Assembly (NCBI RefSeq): GCF_030684315.1
Contig: NC_081360.1
Coordinates: 15,895,210-15,959,209 of the forward strand
Length of the DNA: 64,000 nucleotides
Direction of reading: 5' to 3'
Source: Stegostoma tigrinum
Taxonomy: Eukaryota
The notes under the pieces: generated by a model
The model's database searches: none
What the model was told of the DNA's origin: nothing
What the model saw: only the letters and a program-made list of their open reading frames with translations
Position numbers and translations under genes: made by a program
Part shown: positions 1 to 11,829 of the stretch, piece after piece
How positions within the stretch are numbered: position 1 is the stretch's first letter
Layout of the letters: the number at the start of each line of letters is the position of its first letter

Positions 1-424
1 TACCTAAAGTTGGCTATCGATCACCAAAATTATGGCACTCTCCATGGTGGGATTTGAACACTCAGGATTCCCAGTGCCATTCTGCCATAATCATCCAGCT
101 GGAATGCCAACAAGATCTTCATCAACAGCAAATATCTGCATTATTACAGCCAGTAATGATCTGGTACAGATTCCCAAACAGAAGCGTCGTAAGATGTATA
201 GACTTCTCTCTACATTCCTGCAGCATTGTGGACAGGAATTCTGCTCTGCTTCTCTGTCTTTTGAGCAAAAAAGTGTTTGACCTGTGGTTTCACTTTCATG
301 GTTCTAAAGAATCCTAGTGCATTTTCCTGAAATTCTTCAGATGATATTCCAGTAAAGAATTTGAAAACTCTCACTATGGCCACAAGGGACACCTGCTACT
401 ATTGGTACTGGCATCTGAGTAAAA

Positions 425-886
425 CCTAGGATGAAAGGGTTATCATATGAGGAAAGGTGGGCTCTGTATCCAGTGGGGTTTAGAAGAATGAGAGGTGATC
501 TCATTGAAACATATAAGAATGTGAGGGGACTTAAACATGGTGTCCCTGAGAGGATACCTTCCCTTGTGAGAGACACTAGAACTACAGGACGGGGTTTAAA
601 AATAACAGGCCTCGTATTTCTTGCGGGAATAAAAAGGTATCTTTTTCTATGTAGAGTGTCATTGATCTATGGAATTTTCTTTAAAGAGACCAGGAGTGAA
701 GGGGGACGGTGTTGGTTATTGAATATTTTTAATATTGAATTGGACTTTTTTTTAGTGCGAAGGGTGTCAAAGATTATCAGGGCAGGCAGAGCTGAGGCCG
801 CAGTCAAATTAACCATGACTTATCAAATGGGGCAGCAGGCTCGAGGGGCTAAATGGCTTACTCCTGTTCCTCATTCATGTTTATGT
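425..886 (+). mobile_element. CR1 LINE 3' fragment (ORF2 C-terminus + 3' UTR), decayed
   Basis: Translates GLSYEER...GFRRMRGDLIETYK, a typical CR1 ORF2 C-terminus, and ends in a CR1-like tail (ctcctgttcctcattcatgtttatgt). Confidence 0.85.
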
Positions 887-962
887 ACATCTTGGACAAT
901 AGAAATTTCATAGAAATAATACCACAGCTAAGCTACCTCTCTCTCTCTGTCTTTAAATGCAG

Positions 963-1142
963 AGACCGGTGACAACTGTCATTGACCATCTACAGCAACA
1001 TCCCCAACACCCAACGACAGCCTCAGATACACCAGCCAGCCAACACAAGATTACCTCCGTTTTTGTCTTAGAGACTAATTTCCACGAGACTTGGGCCATG
1101 CCACAAGAAGTGCCGTCCGGGACGGCTAGACACCCGAAGCAG
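963..1142 (+). CDS. Putative internal exon (180 nt, phase 0-0) of unnamed host gene: RPVTTVIDHLQQHPQ...GTARHPKQ
   Basis: Polypyrimidine tract + tgcAG acceptor, open 60 codons, CAG|GTGCAG donor (weak); same phase as the downstream exons. Confidence 0.55.
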
Positions 1143-2064
1143 GTGCAGCGTTTTTGGCATTGCTTCGTTCACTGATCTTTGTATAGAGTCAGCCGCCATC
1201 TCAGTGCCTCACTTCTGAATCGCGAATTACGCTGTTGAGTCAAAAAAAAATGTCCAAGTTGATGCTCCAGTGCAGCACTGAGAGAGTGCCACCTTTCAGA
1301 GCTGAAGCTGCCTGCATGACTTGTCAGTGCATTAGCTTGTGCTGGTAGCAAGCAGACAGCAGCACAATGGAGTTTACTGAGCTGGCTGCCATTGCTGTCA
1401 CTCCATCACCACGTGAGACATTCTGCTATTCCCTGGCCAGCTTAGTGATCTTCTCCCTCAAAGTGGGGACAAGTCTGATGCCTGACCCTGTCCGCCCTGG
1501 AGATCTCAGCCCAGTTTTTCCCAGAATGTGAGTAAGGGAAGGATTTATGTTTGATGGAATTTGACGCAACAGCAACTGGTAATGCCAGGGGCTGTAATTC
1601 ATACCCGCGGCAAGAACTATGCTGAGCGATTGAGTTAGAGGGAGTGATAACCCCCTGAGTGGGAGGGAGCAGAGAGAGGGCAGTGTCACTTACCATTGCA
1701 GAAGTACCTCTGGAGGTCATTAACTTTCTTCCTGCACCAGCTGGGCCTCCCCTTTTCACAGGGGAGAGATCGCCGACCGGCGAGGCTATCTCTGCCTGAG
1801 TTGCCTGGGTGTGATGGCTGTTGTGGTCAGCAGGGAAGAGCACTGGCCTCCCCTCTGTTACCCCATCTACCCGTACCTTGATAACCTTCCCCTTGAAAAG
1901 GAGTATACAAGGTTATTTTTCCTCTGTGCCATCTGATTTTTGGGAGGTGTGAGGGCCAGTTGCTAACTTGCAGCGTTTGAAGTGATATCCAGCTGCCCTC
2001 TAAAAATGCATTGTACTTGGGAAGGTCTATTCATGGACACAAACTTCCACCTTGTTTGCTGTAT

Positions 2065-2190
2065 TTTTTTTTATTATTCACTCTTGGGACATGGGCATCA
2101 CTGGCCGTGCCAGCTTTTATTGCCCACCACTAGCTTGAGAAGTTGGCGGTGAGCTGCCTTCTTGAACGGCTGCAGATGATGTGCTGTAGG
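2065..2190 (-). mobile_element. 3' tail fragment of CR1/L2-group LINE (family 2)
   Basis: Matches the tail seen at 16205 and 24735 (attcact..gggacatgggcatcactggc..ttattgccca..gagctgccttcttgaac). Confidence 0.7.
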
Positions 2191-2303
2191 TAACGCAACA
2201 AGTAACTCATTCAGCTCCTCGCGTACATATCTGAGAAGCAAGTGAGTGTGCAGGACAATTTGACCTAGTCAGTGACAGATACGATGCTGTACAACTGCTC
2301 CCC

Positions 2304-2458
2304 AGCACTGCAGCCTCACAGCACCAGGGACCTGGGTTCAATTCCAGCCTCGGGCGACTGTCTGTGCAGAGTTTGCACATTCTCCCCGTGTCTGCATGAG
2401 TTTCCCCCGGGTGCTCCGGTTTCCTCCCACAGTCCAAAGATGTGCAGGCTAGGTGGAC
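2304..2458 (+). mobile_element. tRNA-derived V-SINE (HE1-like), partial
   Basis: B-box gggttcaattcc followed by the V-domain gagtttgcacattctccccgtgtctgc...gggtgctccggtttcctcccacagtccaaagatgtgcagg. Confidence 0.85.
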
Positions 2459-2595
2459 CCTGTTGTGTTGGCCCAGAGTTTCCCTGCAGTGGGAGCTGGG
2501 CTCAGAGCCGTTGTTGTTGGGGGAGGCGGGGTGGTGCAGAGGGTCAGAAAATTACCTGCAGTTTTGCTCAAAAAGCTTCTCCTACTTTTTAACAG

Positions 2596-2718
2596 AGATT
2601 TTTAGATAATTGGACCAGGCAGGATTTCTCATTGACCACACCTCCTCAGTCAACACTGAAAAGTGACATGGACGACGAAGAGAGTACAAATGTCCCCGAA
2701 CCATTCATCACTTCCAAG
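2596..2718 (+). CDS. Putative exon (123 nt, phase 0-0): RFLDNWTRQDFSLTTPPQSTLKSDMDDEESTNVPEPFITSK
   Basis: ctactttttaacAG acceptor, AAG|GTAATG donor, only frame 0 open, length divisible by 3. Confidence 0.7.
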
Positions 2719-2849
2719 GTAATGGCAGATCTGCACTGATCCAGGGTCATGTGTCTGAAGAGATTGACCAGCAACAAGGGGTCAGTGAAGTTTGTTTAAT
2801 CTTGTTAGGTTGAGGATGGGAGTGAACTGCTGTTCGGACAAACATTCCC

Positions 2850-2863
2850 ACGCACATGCACGT

Positions 2864-2923
<60 letters not shown>

Positions 2924-3150
2924 GCACGCACACACACACACGTGTACACACTTACACACTACACACATACACACACTCACACATACAACACACACTCATA
3001 CACACGCACACACACGCATACACTCCTTCACACACTCTCACACCACACATGTACATACGCACACTCACAAGCATACACACTGACATGTACACACTCACAC
3101 TTACACAAGCACATACACATATACAAAGGGTCATGTACACACACACGCAC
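2850..3150. repeat. (CA)n microsatellite with degenerate flank
   Basis: Pure CA run about 2865-2921 followed by imperfect CA/TA repeats. Confidence 0.97.
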
Positions 3151-4356
3151 TCGAGTTTATTTGTGCCCATTTTATGATTTTTGGAACTTTTTGTCCTTTG
3201 GATACATTTGGTTTGTTCAGGCTCCGCTGTCTTGGGCCATCAAGCAACGTTGGTATCACTGATGGTGATTAGAGACAGCAGATTGAGAGGCCTGGCCGTG
3301 TGATCGAACCTGTAGGATCCATTGTGCAAGCTCCTGTTGGAATTGATGCTCAGGATGTAACGTGTGAATGAGTGAGATATGCAACCAGTATCTCTCTCCA
3401 CAGCATGCGGGCAAAGGCAATTGAATTTCAGAATTTCTGACACACCTCGAAGACACTTGGCTCCTTGAATCGTAGAATCTCTACATTGCAGAAAGAGGCC
3501 ATTCAGCCCATCAAGTCTCCCTGACTAACCAACAAGCATCCCATACAGACCATCTTGCAATGGAGGCTGGAAAAATACCTCATTGCATACCTCACCACTC
3601 TCCACAGGTCACAGCACAAAATATAATGTTTTACAGTTTCGACTTTGAAAATTCAACACTTGATCTACAAGATCAATCCATCATGTGTCTTAATCAACAC
3701 TATTATGGGTTTATCAAAACAGAATATATGTATTAAAGATGCAAAAATTGGTGAACATACACAGTAGGTAAAATAGAAATAGAAATGCTTGTCCTTCGAA
3801 ATACCCCTAAATTGCATACACAAGCACACAGATGAATACTCTTCAGGAAGACATTAAAAAGAACCAGGTTGCTCTTCAAATTGAGTAACATTTGGCAAGG
3901 GAGAAACAGAGTGAACCTTTCAGATCAGTGACCTTCCATGGACACTGAAAGATGTTCTACATTCAACAACATGTGAGCAAATACAGAGTGAAGAGGGTGG
4001 GGTGAAGGTAGGAAGGAAACAAAGGGAAGGGTCTGAAAGAATAGGATGAAGGGCCGGAAAGATTCCCCATTTGATTCCTGACATTTGCCACTCTGCCAGT
4101 TTGTGTGTCTGTGCTACTGGGTCAAAGGTGTTTGCTGCCAGCAGTCACCCCTTTGTTTTTACTTTGTCTCAGCCCGATCTAGTGCTCAGGGATAGAAGAT
4201 GCACCATTTTAGACTATTTATAGAACAGCACTGTTAATCATAAGGTGATTTCTTGTGTGATAGCAATAAATGGATCCACATTTATTTTGGCATCATTGCT
4301 GGAGCTGTAGGGATAAAGATATCTGCTTCCTCCAAAAATGCATTGTCCGTTCACAG

Positions 4357-4445
4357 ACTGAGAAAGATATTAGGAGAGGGGGAGGGCCCGATGGAACATG
4401 AACATCAACCCCTTTGGAACCATTACCTCATACAGCAAGGACAAG
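4357..4445 (+). CDS. Candidate exon, 89 nt (not frame-preserving; possible frameshift or pseudo-exon)
   Basis: ttgtccgttcacAG acceptor and strong AAG|GTAAGA donor, but frame 0 hits TGA; one extra base in the G-run would give 90 nt open. Confidence 0.35.
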
Positions 4446-5172
4446 GTAAGAAAGATGAGAATGGAAAGAATATAAAAATAATATGTTCAAGCCCACAGCG
4501 CCGCAAATGATTAAAGCAGGATAGCAGAGGGAAGAGGAAGCACAGCGAGTCTGACAAAGTGGAGAGTATTTACATGGTCCAAAAATATCATGAAAAAAAG
4601 AGGAATCATCCCCAAAAGATGCTGGAATATTTCCTCCTGTCAGTTAAAGATGGACAATAAATACTGGTCTAGCCTGTGGTGCCCACATCTCAGGAACAAA
4701 TCAATAATATTCTATATGTTCTCCTATTTAATGTCAGTATTTCTCCCAGCTATCATTGAACAAGCTCCAACCATCACCAGGAGAAAAATGACCAGTCTCC
4801 TAATCCCTGAAATGTGTAACCCTTCCTTGTCATCTGAATATTAGATTTAATTTGACCAAAACAGAATCCCCGTCGACCTCACACACCACCCCACCAACCC
4901 CCGGATCCAATACATCATCCTCCGACACTTCTGCCATCTGCAATCGAACGCCATCACCAAAGACATTTTTCCCTCCCCACCCTTGTCTGCTTTCCGGGGG
5001 GACCACTCTCTCCGTGACTCCCTTGTCCACTCCACACACCCCGCCAGTCCCACCATACCCGGCACTTTTTGCTGCAACTGCAGGAACTGCTACATCTGCC
5101 CCCTCACCCCCATCCCAGGCCCCAAGAAGATCTTCCACATCAAGCAGATGTTCACCTGCACATCTGTTAATG

Positions 5173-5464
5173 AGTTTTGAGAAGATTTGGAGCTCAGGTT
5201 GAGGTTCTGGATGTGAGTTTGCTCGCTGAGCTGGAAGGTTAGTTTTCAGACGTTTCATCACCATTCTAGGTAACATCATCAGTGAGCCTCCGACGAAGCG
5301 CTGGTGTTATGTCCCGCTTTCTATTTATAATATTCTATATTATAAATAGAAAGCAGGACATAACACCAGCGCTTCGTCGGAGGCTCACTGATGATGTTAC
5401 CTAGAATGGTGACGAAACGTCTGAAAACTAACCTTCCAGCTCAGCGAGCAAACTCACATCCAGA
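5173..5464. mobile_element. Fold-back (palindromic) insertion of Penelope family-2 pLTR ends, 13-bp TSD acatctgttaatg
   Basis: Arms about 5204-5332 and 5338-5466 are near-perfect reverse complements; TSD at 5160-5172 and 5465-5477; arm homologous to 39780-39900. Confidence 0.9.
5388..5421 (+). ncRNA. Minimal hammerhead ribozyme core (mirror copy on - strand at 5249-5282)
   Basis: CTGATGA-T-GTTACC-tagaat-GGTGAC-GAAAC-GTC: catalytic boxes, stem II and GUC cleavage triplet; minimal HHRs are known in Penelope pLTRs. Confidence 0.7.
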
Positions 5465-6676
5465 ACATCTGTTAATGTGATATACTTTATCCATTGTTCC
5501 CGTTGTGGCCTCCTCTGCATCAGGGAAACCAAGCAGAGGCTTGGGGATCACTTTGCGGAACACCAACACTCAGTTCGCACGAAACAACTGCACCTCCCAG
5601 TCGCGAACCATTTCATCTCCCCCTCCCATTCCTCAGACGACATGTCCATCCTGGGCTTCCTGCAGTGTCACAGCAATGCCACCTGAAGGTTGTAGGAACA
5701 GCATCTCATACTTCGCTTGAGAACCCTGCAGCCCAATGGTATCAATGTGGATTTCACAAACTTCAAAATCTCCCCTCCCCCCAAACACATCCCAAAACCA
5801 GCCCAGCTTGACCCCGCCTCCCTAACCTGTCCTTCCTCCCACCTATCCCCTCCTCCCAACTCAAGCCCCATGCCCATCTCCTACTACTAGCTTCACCTCT
5901 TCCCCTTGACCTGTCCGTCCTTCCTGGACTGTCCTATCCCTTCCCAAACTCCCCACCTACTTTTACTGGCTCCTCTTTCACCTGTTTCTCTCCTCTCCAC
6001 CTATCTTCTCCTCTATCCATCTTTTATCTGCTTCCCCGTCTCTCCCTATTTATTTCAGAATCCCCATCCGTTCACCCATTTCTGAAGATGGGTCTAGGCC
6101 CAAAACATCAGCTTCCTGCTCCTCTGATGCTATTTGGTTCATCCAGCTCTAGATTTTGTTATCTCACTAAATCTGGACCAGCAATCTGTTTACAGTTTTG
6201 TCTCCCTGAAATCAGACTTCTATTAGCACGGTCCTCAACCACTGACAGGAGCTGGCAAGTTATTTCCGAGCTGATTCTGTCATTGTTGCCAGACCCCTTT
6301 ACATTTCTGTGACAGAATTTTGTGTAACTGGAAAGAATAAAGGAGTCCAGGGTTACGCGGGACACAGACAGGAAGCTGGAGATGAGACCACACCCAGATC
6401 AGCCATGAAATAATTGAATGATGGAGCAGGCTTGCCCCAAAGACCAAGTTGGAGATCATAGTCATTTGCAGATGATAGCTCATAATAACCTGAGGGGAAG
6501 GACATGGAAATGACCTGAGCTCATCAATAACATTTAGCATCGAGGTTAAGGTCCAAAATAATGAAAGTCAATAAGCGCTGATAATGGGAACTGCAGATGC
6601 TGGAGAATCCAAGATAATAAAATGTGAGGCTGGATGAACACAGCAGGCCAAGCAGCATCTCAGGAGCACAAAAGCT

Positions 6677-6704
6677 GACGTTTCGGGCCTAAACCCTTCA
6701 TCAG
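6677..6704 (-). ncRNA. Minimal hammerhead ribozyme core in Penelope pLTR
   Basis: Reverse complement reads CTGATGA-AGGGTTTAGGCCC-GAAAC-GTC. Confidence 0.7.
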
Positions 6705-8299
6705 AGAGGGGGATGGGGTGAGGGTTCTGGAATAAATAGGGAGAGAGGGGGAAGCGGACCGAAGATGGAGAGAAAAGAAGATAGGTGGAGAGGAGAATAT
6801 AGGTGGGGAGGTAGGGAGGGGATAGGTCAGTCCAGGGAAGACGGACAGGTCAAGGAGGTGGGATGAGATTAGTAGTTAGGAGATGGAGGTGCAGCTTGAG
6901 GTAGGAGGAAGGGAAGGGTGAGAGGAAGAACAGGTTAGGGAGACAGAGACAGGTTGGACTGGTTTTGGGATGCAGTGGGTGGAGGGGAAGAGCTGGGCTG
7001 GTTGTGTGGTGCAGTGGAGGGAGGGGACGAACTGGGCTGGTTTTGGGATGCGGTGGGGGAAGGGGAGATTTTGAAGCTGGTGAAGTTCACATTGATGCCA
7101 TTGGGCTGCAAGGTTCCCAAGCGGAATATGAGTTGCTGTTCCTGCAACCTTCGGGTGGCATCATTGTGGTACTGCAGGAGGCCCATGATGGACATGTCAT
7201 CTAAAAAAATGGGAGGGGTAGTGGAAATGGTTTGCGACTGGGAGGTGCAGTTGTTTGTTGCGAACCGAGCGGACGTGTTCTGCAAAGCGGTCCCCAAGCC
7301 TCTGCTTGGTTTCCCCAATGTAGAGGAAGCCCTCATTCTCACACACCATCCCACCAACCTCCAGATAGAACGCATCATCCTCCGACACTTCCGCCATGTA
7401 CAATCCGACCCCACCACCCAAGACATTTTTCCATCCCCGCCCTTGTCTGCCTTCTGGAGAGACCACTCTCTCCGTGACTCCCTTGTTCGCTCCACACTGC
7501 CCTCCAACCCCACCACACCCCGCACCTTCCCCTGCAACCGCAGGAAATGCTACACTTGCCCTCACACCTCCTCCCTCACCCCTACACCAAGCCCCAAGAT
7601 GACTTTGCATATTAAGCAGAGGTTCACCTGCACATCTGCCAATGTGGTATACTGCATCCATTGTACCCGGTGTGGCTTTCTCTACATTAGGGAAACCAAG
7701 CGGAGGCTTGGGGACCGCTTTGCAGAACACCTCCGCTCGGTTCTCAACAAACAACTGCACCTCCCAGTCGCAAACCATTTCCACTCCCCCTCCCATTCTT
7801 TAGATGACATGTCCATCATGGGCCTCCTGCAGTGCCACACTGATGCCACCCGAAGGTTGCAGGAACAGCAACTCATATTCTGCTTGGGAACCCTGCAGCC
7901 CAATGGCATCAATGTGGACTTCACCAGCTTCAAAATCTCCCCTTCCCCCACCGCATCCCAAAACCAGCCCAGTTCGCCCCCTCCCCCCACTGCACCACAC
8001 AACCAGCCCAGCTCTTCCCCTCCACCCACTGCATCCCAAAACCAGTCCAACCTGTCTCTGCCTCCCTAACCTGTTCTTCCTCTCACCCATCCCTTCCTCC
8101 CACCTCAAGCCGCACCTCCATCTCCTACCTACTAACCTCATCCCACCTCCTTGACCTGTCCGTCTTCCCTGGACTGACCTATCCCCTCCCTACCTCCCCA
8201 CCTATACTCTCCTCTCCACCTATCTTCTTTTCTCTCCATCTTCGGTGCGCCTCCCCCTCTCTCCCTATTTATTCCAGAACCCTCACCCCATCCCCCTCT

Positions 8300-8327
8300 C
8301 TGATGAAGGGTCTAGGCCCGAAATGTC
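8300..8327 (+). ncRNA. Minimal hammerhead ribozyme core in Penelope pLTR (GAAAT variant)
   Basis: CTGATGA-AGGGTCTAGGCCC-GAAAT-GTC. Confidence 0.6.
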
Positions 8328-8971
8328 AGCTTTTGTGCTCCTGGGATGCTGCTGGGCCTGCTGTGTTCATCCAGGTCCACACTTTATTATCTTTAAAGTC
8401 AATAAGCGGATCATTTTAATCAACTTGATAATTTTACTGTTACTACAAAGCCCAGTGAATAGTTTTACAAATGTTTATATGTGAGCAGTGAGTAGAGCTA
8501 ACAATTGGAGGCAGCGGTTATGATCAGAAATTGTTGAACTCCAGGTTGAGTCCAGAATCGCGGTCTTCGACGTGTGTCTTGCATTCCTTTACTTGGCCCA
8601 TTGTGAGCTCCCTCTAGTGCGGAAACTTTCTCATCTCCCTTCCACCTCATGACTTCTGTTCATTCATGTCCCCTCCCCACCCCATCCCTTGCCTACCTTT
8701 TTAAAAAATGTTACATCTTGAAGTATTCCCAGGTCATTTACAGCCTGAATGTTAATTCTGCTTCTCTTGTCAGAGACACTACTGGTCGGCTGAGATTTCC
8801 AGTGGTCACGGTGCTTTGTCCTTGACTCAGTTGTTACCTCGGCCTCATCTGTCACAGTGTATGAGTATGCTGTAGATGTTCTGCCTTGTTCAGTAGAAGA
8901 GACAGAGTGAAAGTTCGAGACTCGTGCATCATTGCAGAAAGTAATCACATCCTTTCAATTTTTCGATACAG

Positions 8972-9100
8972 AAAGATGCAGGCAAAGATCACAAACCAAC
9001 ATACTCAAAAACTACAACCTCAGTTTTCTCACCGGATATTTCAGAGACTGAAACAGAAGCTGAAGAACACATAGGTGTGTCAGATTTCTGGAAATATCAG
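8972..9100 (+). CDS. Putative exon (129 nt, phase 0-0): KDAGKDHKPTYSKTTTSVFSPDISETETEAEEHIGVSDFWKYQ
   Basis: cctttcaatttttcgatacAG acceptor, CAG|GTAAAA donor, only frame 0 open. Confidence 0.7.
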
Positions 9101-9207
9101 GTAAAAATGAATATTATTATAATTCTCCAGAACTGACAAAAGGGGGTTGAGGAAAGATTCTCAGCAAAACTCACAAAAATATTAAATCGTAGAGAAGTAA
9201 TAGTAAG

Positions 9208-10174
9208 TGCTATGATTCCAACATATGGCAACTACTGGACAAGTTAGATCCCAGAGCGAAAACTGGCCTGGTGGATCATATGTCTAATTTGTGCAGTTGG
9301 TTAGCATGGTGCTCGATCACTGAAACATATTCACATGAGACTGCAAATGTTCCTTAACATAGCTTCAATACACTAAAGAAAACTGCCAGTCAAAACTAGA
9401 TGTTTAAAACTGTTTTTAAACAAAATCTAAACACAATCGACAAAATAAAATTTCAAACTATCTCCTAACACTAATCTTTTGCAAAGACTCAACTCCAGAG
9501 AAGGGTCTGAAAGAACAGGACGAAGGGCAGGAATCATTCACTGATCAAAGCAAAATTGCTGTGGTGATCTCTCAGATGACCACTCCCGGCAGCTTGTGGC
9601 ATTTGCCACCTCTGTCAATATGCGGTGCTACATCTCTTTGATATCAACTGATAAGTTTACTTATTGGACTGTGCAGTTTCTTCTCCTTTTACTACTGAAA
9701 CAATTTGATGAGTCTGTTGGCATAAATATTTTTCAACTCTGACAGCATAAACTTTTTCCTCGTCTAACAACTTGAAATTGTCTCTATGAACTCACCTGGC
9801 TTGGAAGATTCACAACCTAAAAGCAATTTGGCTAAGGAATCTGGTTTCACTTAATTCTTAACTTAATTCTCCAGAAAGGAGAGAAGTTTCCTACCTCCTG
9901 AACTGAACTCCGGATTCTTCTGACCTGTCTAAAAGCTAAACTCATGTATCTAGTTTGTTTTAAACTCAACAGCACCAATTTTAATCCATTAATACGAGAG
10001 GTAGCCTACTGGGCACTTGACTGAAGTTATATGCCAACTTGGCAATGATGTGTTTAGGTCACTGTTCCAAATGACTTTCTGACCTTTTAACAGCAAATCA
10101 TTTTCACAGAAGCGACCATATTTGACCTGCCTTCATTTAAGATCCAGATCCCATTTTTCAGTTATCCTAATACA
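9208..10174 (-). mobile_element. Decayed LTR (homologous to 13216-14056)
   Basis: Starts tgctatgattccaac..ctggacaagt..aaaactggc..tggatcata, like 13216; TG...CA ends. Confidence 0.6.
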
Positions 10175-10239
10175 GACGGAGGAAAATGTAAAGGGCACAG
10201 GGCTTAAAGAAATCCAGAAGAAAATACACATAGATCTAT

Positions 10240-10800
10240 TTTAGTCCAATAAAGAATGAAACAGTTTTAGATCTAATTCTGGGGGATGAAGTAGGGGAAG
10301 TCAAGTAGATTGCAGAGAACATTCAGGCAATAACAATCATAATATAATCAGATTTAAAGATATTATGGAAAGATGTCACAAAAATCCAACAGGGAAATTA
10401 TTTAAATTGAAGAGTGTGATTTGATGGAAGATGGTCAAGATGACAGTAAATTCACTTTGGGAAGCCTTTGGGAAGAGAGATTTAAGTATGCAGGAAGCAT
10501 ATTCCTCTAAAGTGGTTATTGCAACCCTGGAAAATGTGAACTATGACAAATTTCAAGTACAGAATATCACAGAAAATGAGCAGTATGTAGAGAGAAAAGA
10601 GGTCAAGTAAGAAATGATATGCAATGCATTCGAAAAAAGATTGTAAAGTATTAGTGGGTAATAGAGGGAGTACTTAAATTTGATATCAGTTGATATCAAA
10701 GTTATTTTATTATCAGATAAAAGAAGTGTTAAAGACCTGATGTAGTCAATGAAGAACAAGAAGACAAGTCATCTTGTAGGACAGAGGCATGACCAGGGGA
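10240..10800 (+). mobile_element. Highly decayed CR1 ORF2 endonuclease-region fragment
   Basis: LDLILGDE...NNHNIIRF-like remnant typical of the CR1 EN C-terminus. Confidence 0.45.
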
Positions 10801-11324
10801 CTGAATGAGTGTTTTGCGGTCATTTTCACAGACATAAGTTCAAGATAGTCCAAAATTAATTCCTAATTTGGTTTAAAATTAACAGTCAGCATTGATTTCT
10901 ATCCAATAGACAAAGCTCATCTCACCATTCTCAATAAATTGGATAAAATGATGTATAAACATTTCATCCGCTCACCGTTAACATTATTTGTCCAGTCAGT
11001 GGTGATCCAATTGAGCTTGCAGTTTCAATAATGGTTCAGTATTTATCTTTGTTTCCTAACTTGAGAAGCATAAATTTCTCTAGACCTCATTGGCCTGCCC
11101 TGTTCAGTATTGGAGACGGTGCTCAGTAATTCAAAACTATCTGTAGAGCTTGAAGAAGATAGCAATCGTTCCGCTTCCAACCACAGAGACATGCACGTGA
11201 AGCAACCAGTACAAATCAGCCAAGAGACTCATCGACATATGTATTACTGATGGCCTCAGCTAGTGAATCAAATTTTGATGAAAGTGCATTTACAGTGCTT
11301 TAGGTACTAACAAGGCAGCATTTA

Positions 11325-11820
11325 ATATTGACCCCTTTCACTTTAAACCTGTGCGCCCCCAAGTATTTGACATTTCAACCCTGGAAAACTCCTCCGACTA
11401 TCCACACTATCCATGTCTCTCACAATTTTATATACTCCATCAGGTTGACCCTCCGTCTCCAAGACTCCAGCGAAGAACAATCCAAGTTTGTCCAATTTCT
11501 CCTTATTGCTAATAGATTCCAATTCAGGCGACATCTCGATAAACTTCTCATGCATCCTCTCCAAAGCCTCCACCTCCTTCTTATAGTATAGGCACCAGAA
11601 CTGCACACAATACTCCAGATGTTACCAAACTAAAGTTTTATACAGCTGCAACATGACTTGCCCACTGTTCCCATTAGTGCCTCGATGGGTGAAGGCAAGC
11701 CTGCTGTATGCCTTCTTTACCACATTAGCCACTTTTGTTGCTACTTTCAGGGAACTATGGACTTGCACCCTAAGATACCTCTGTAAATCAATGCTCCTAA
11801 GAGTCCTGCCAATTACTGTA
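11325..11820 (-). mobile_element. CR1 LINE fragment
   Basis: LRVQVHSSLKVATKV..VVKKAY..MLQLYKTLV / QFW..YYKKEVEALER. Confidence 0.85.
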
Positions 11821-11829
11821 TATAGCATG

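Larger units (their letters stand above)
4860..6165 (+). mobile_element. Penelope-like retroelement (family 1), 5'-truncated, GIY-YIG endonuclease region + 3' pLTR; interrupted at 5173-5464
   Basis: CNCRNCYIC / FTCTSVN-VIYFIHCSRCGLLCIRETKQRLGDHFAEH GIY-YIG-type motif; homologous to 7331-8394. Confidence 0.9.
6578..8394. mobile_element. Young Penelope-like element with inverted structure (- arm 6578-7331, + arm 7331-8394), 14-bp TSD aaagtcaataagcg
   Basis: GIY-YIG motif NVVYCIHCTRCGFLYIRETKRRLGDRFAEH; about 720-bp inverted repeat; TSD at 6564-6577 and 8395-8408. Confidence 0.93.

Noticed and set aside
2304-2350. tRNA gene
   Set aside because: Only a SINE head with a B-box; no cloverleaf (same for 42143, 45936, 54460)
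2747-3262. His/Thr- and Val/Cys-rich ORFs
   Set aside because: Translations of the (CA)n microsatellite
6954-8069. 371-aa ORF as a gene
   Set aside because: Chimera of antisense and sense Penelope arms across the inversion junction
8606-8622. Second CTCF-like motif (gctccctctagtgcgg)
   Set aside because: Mismatch in the core CC; too weak without data
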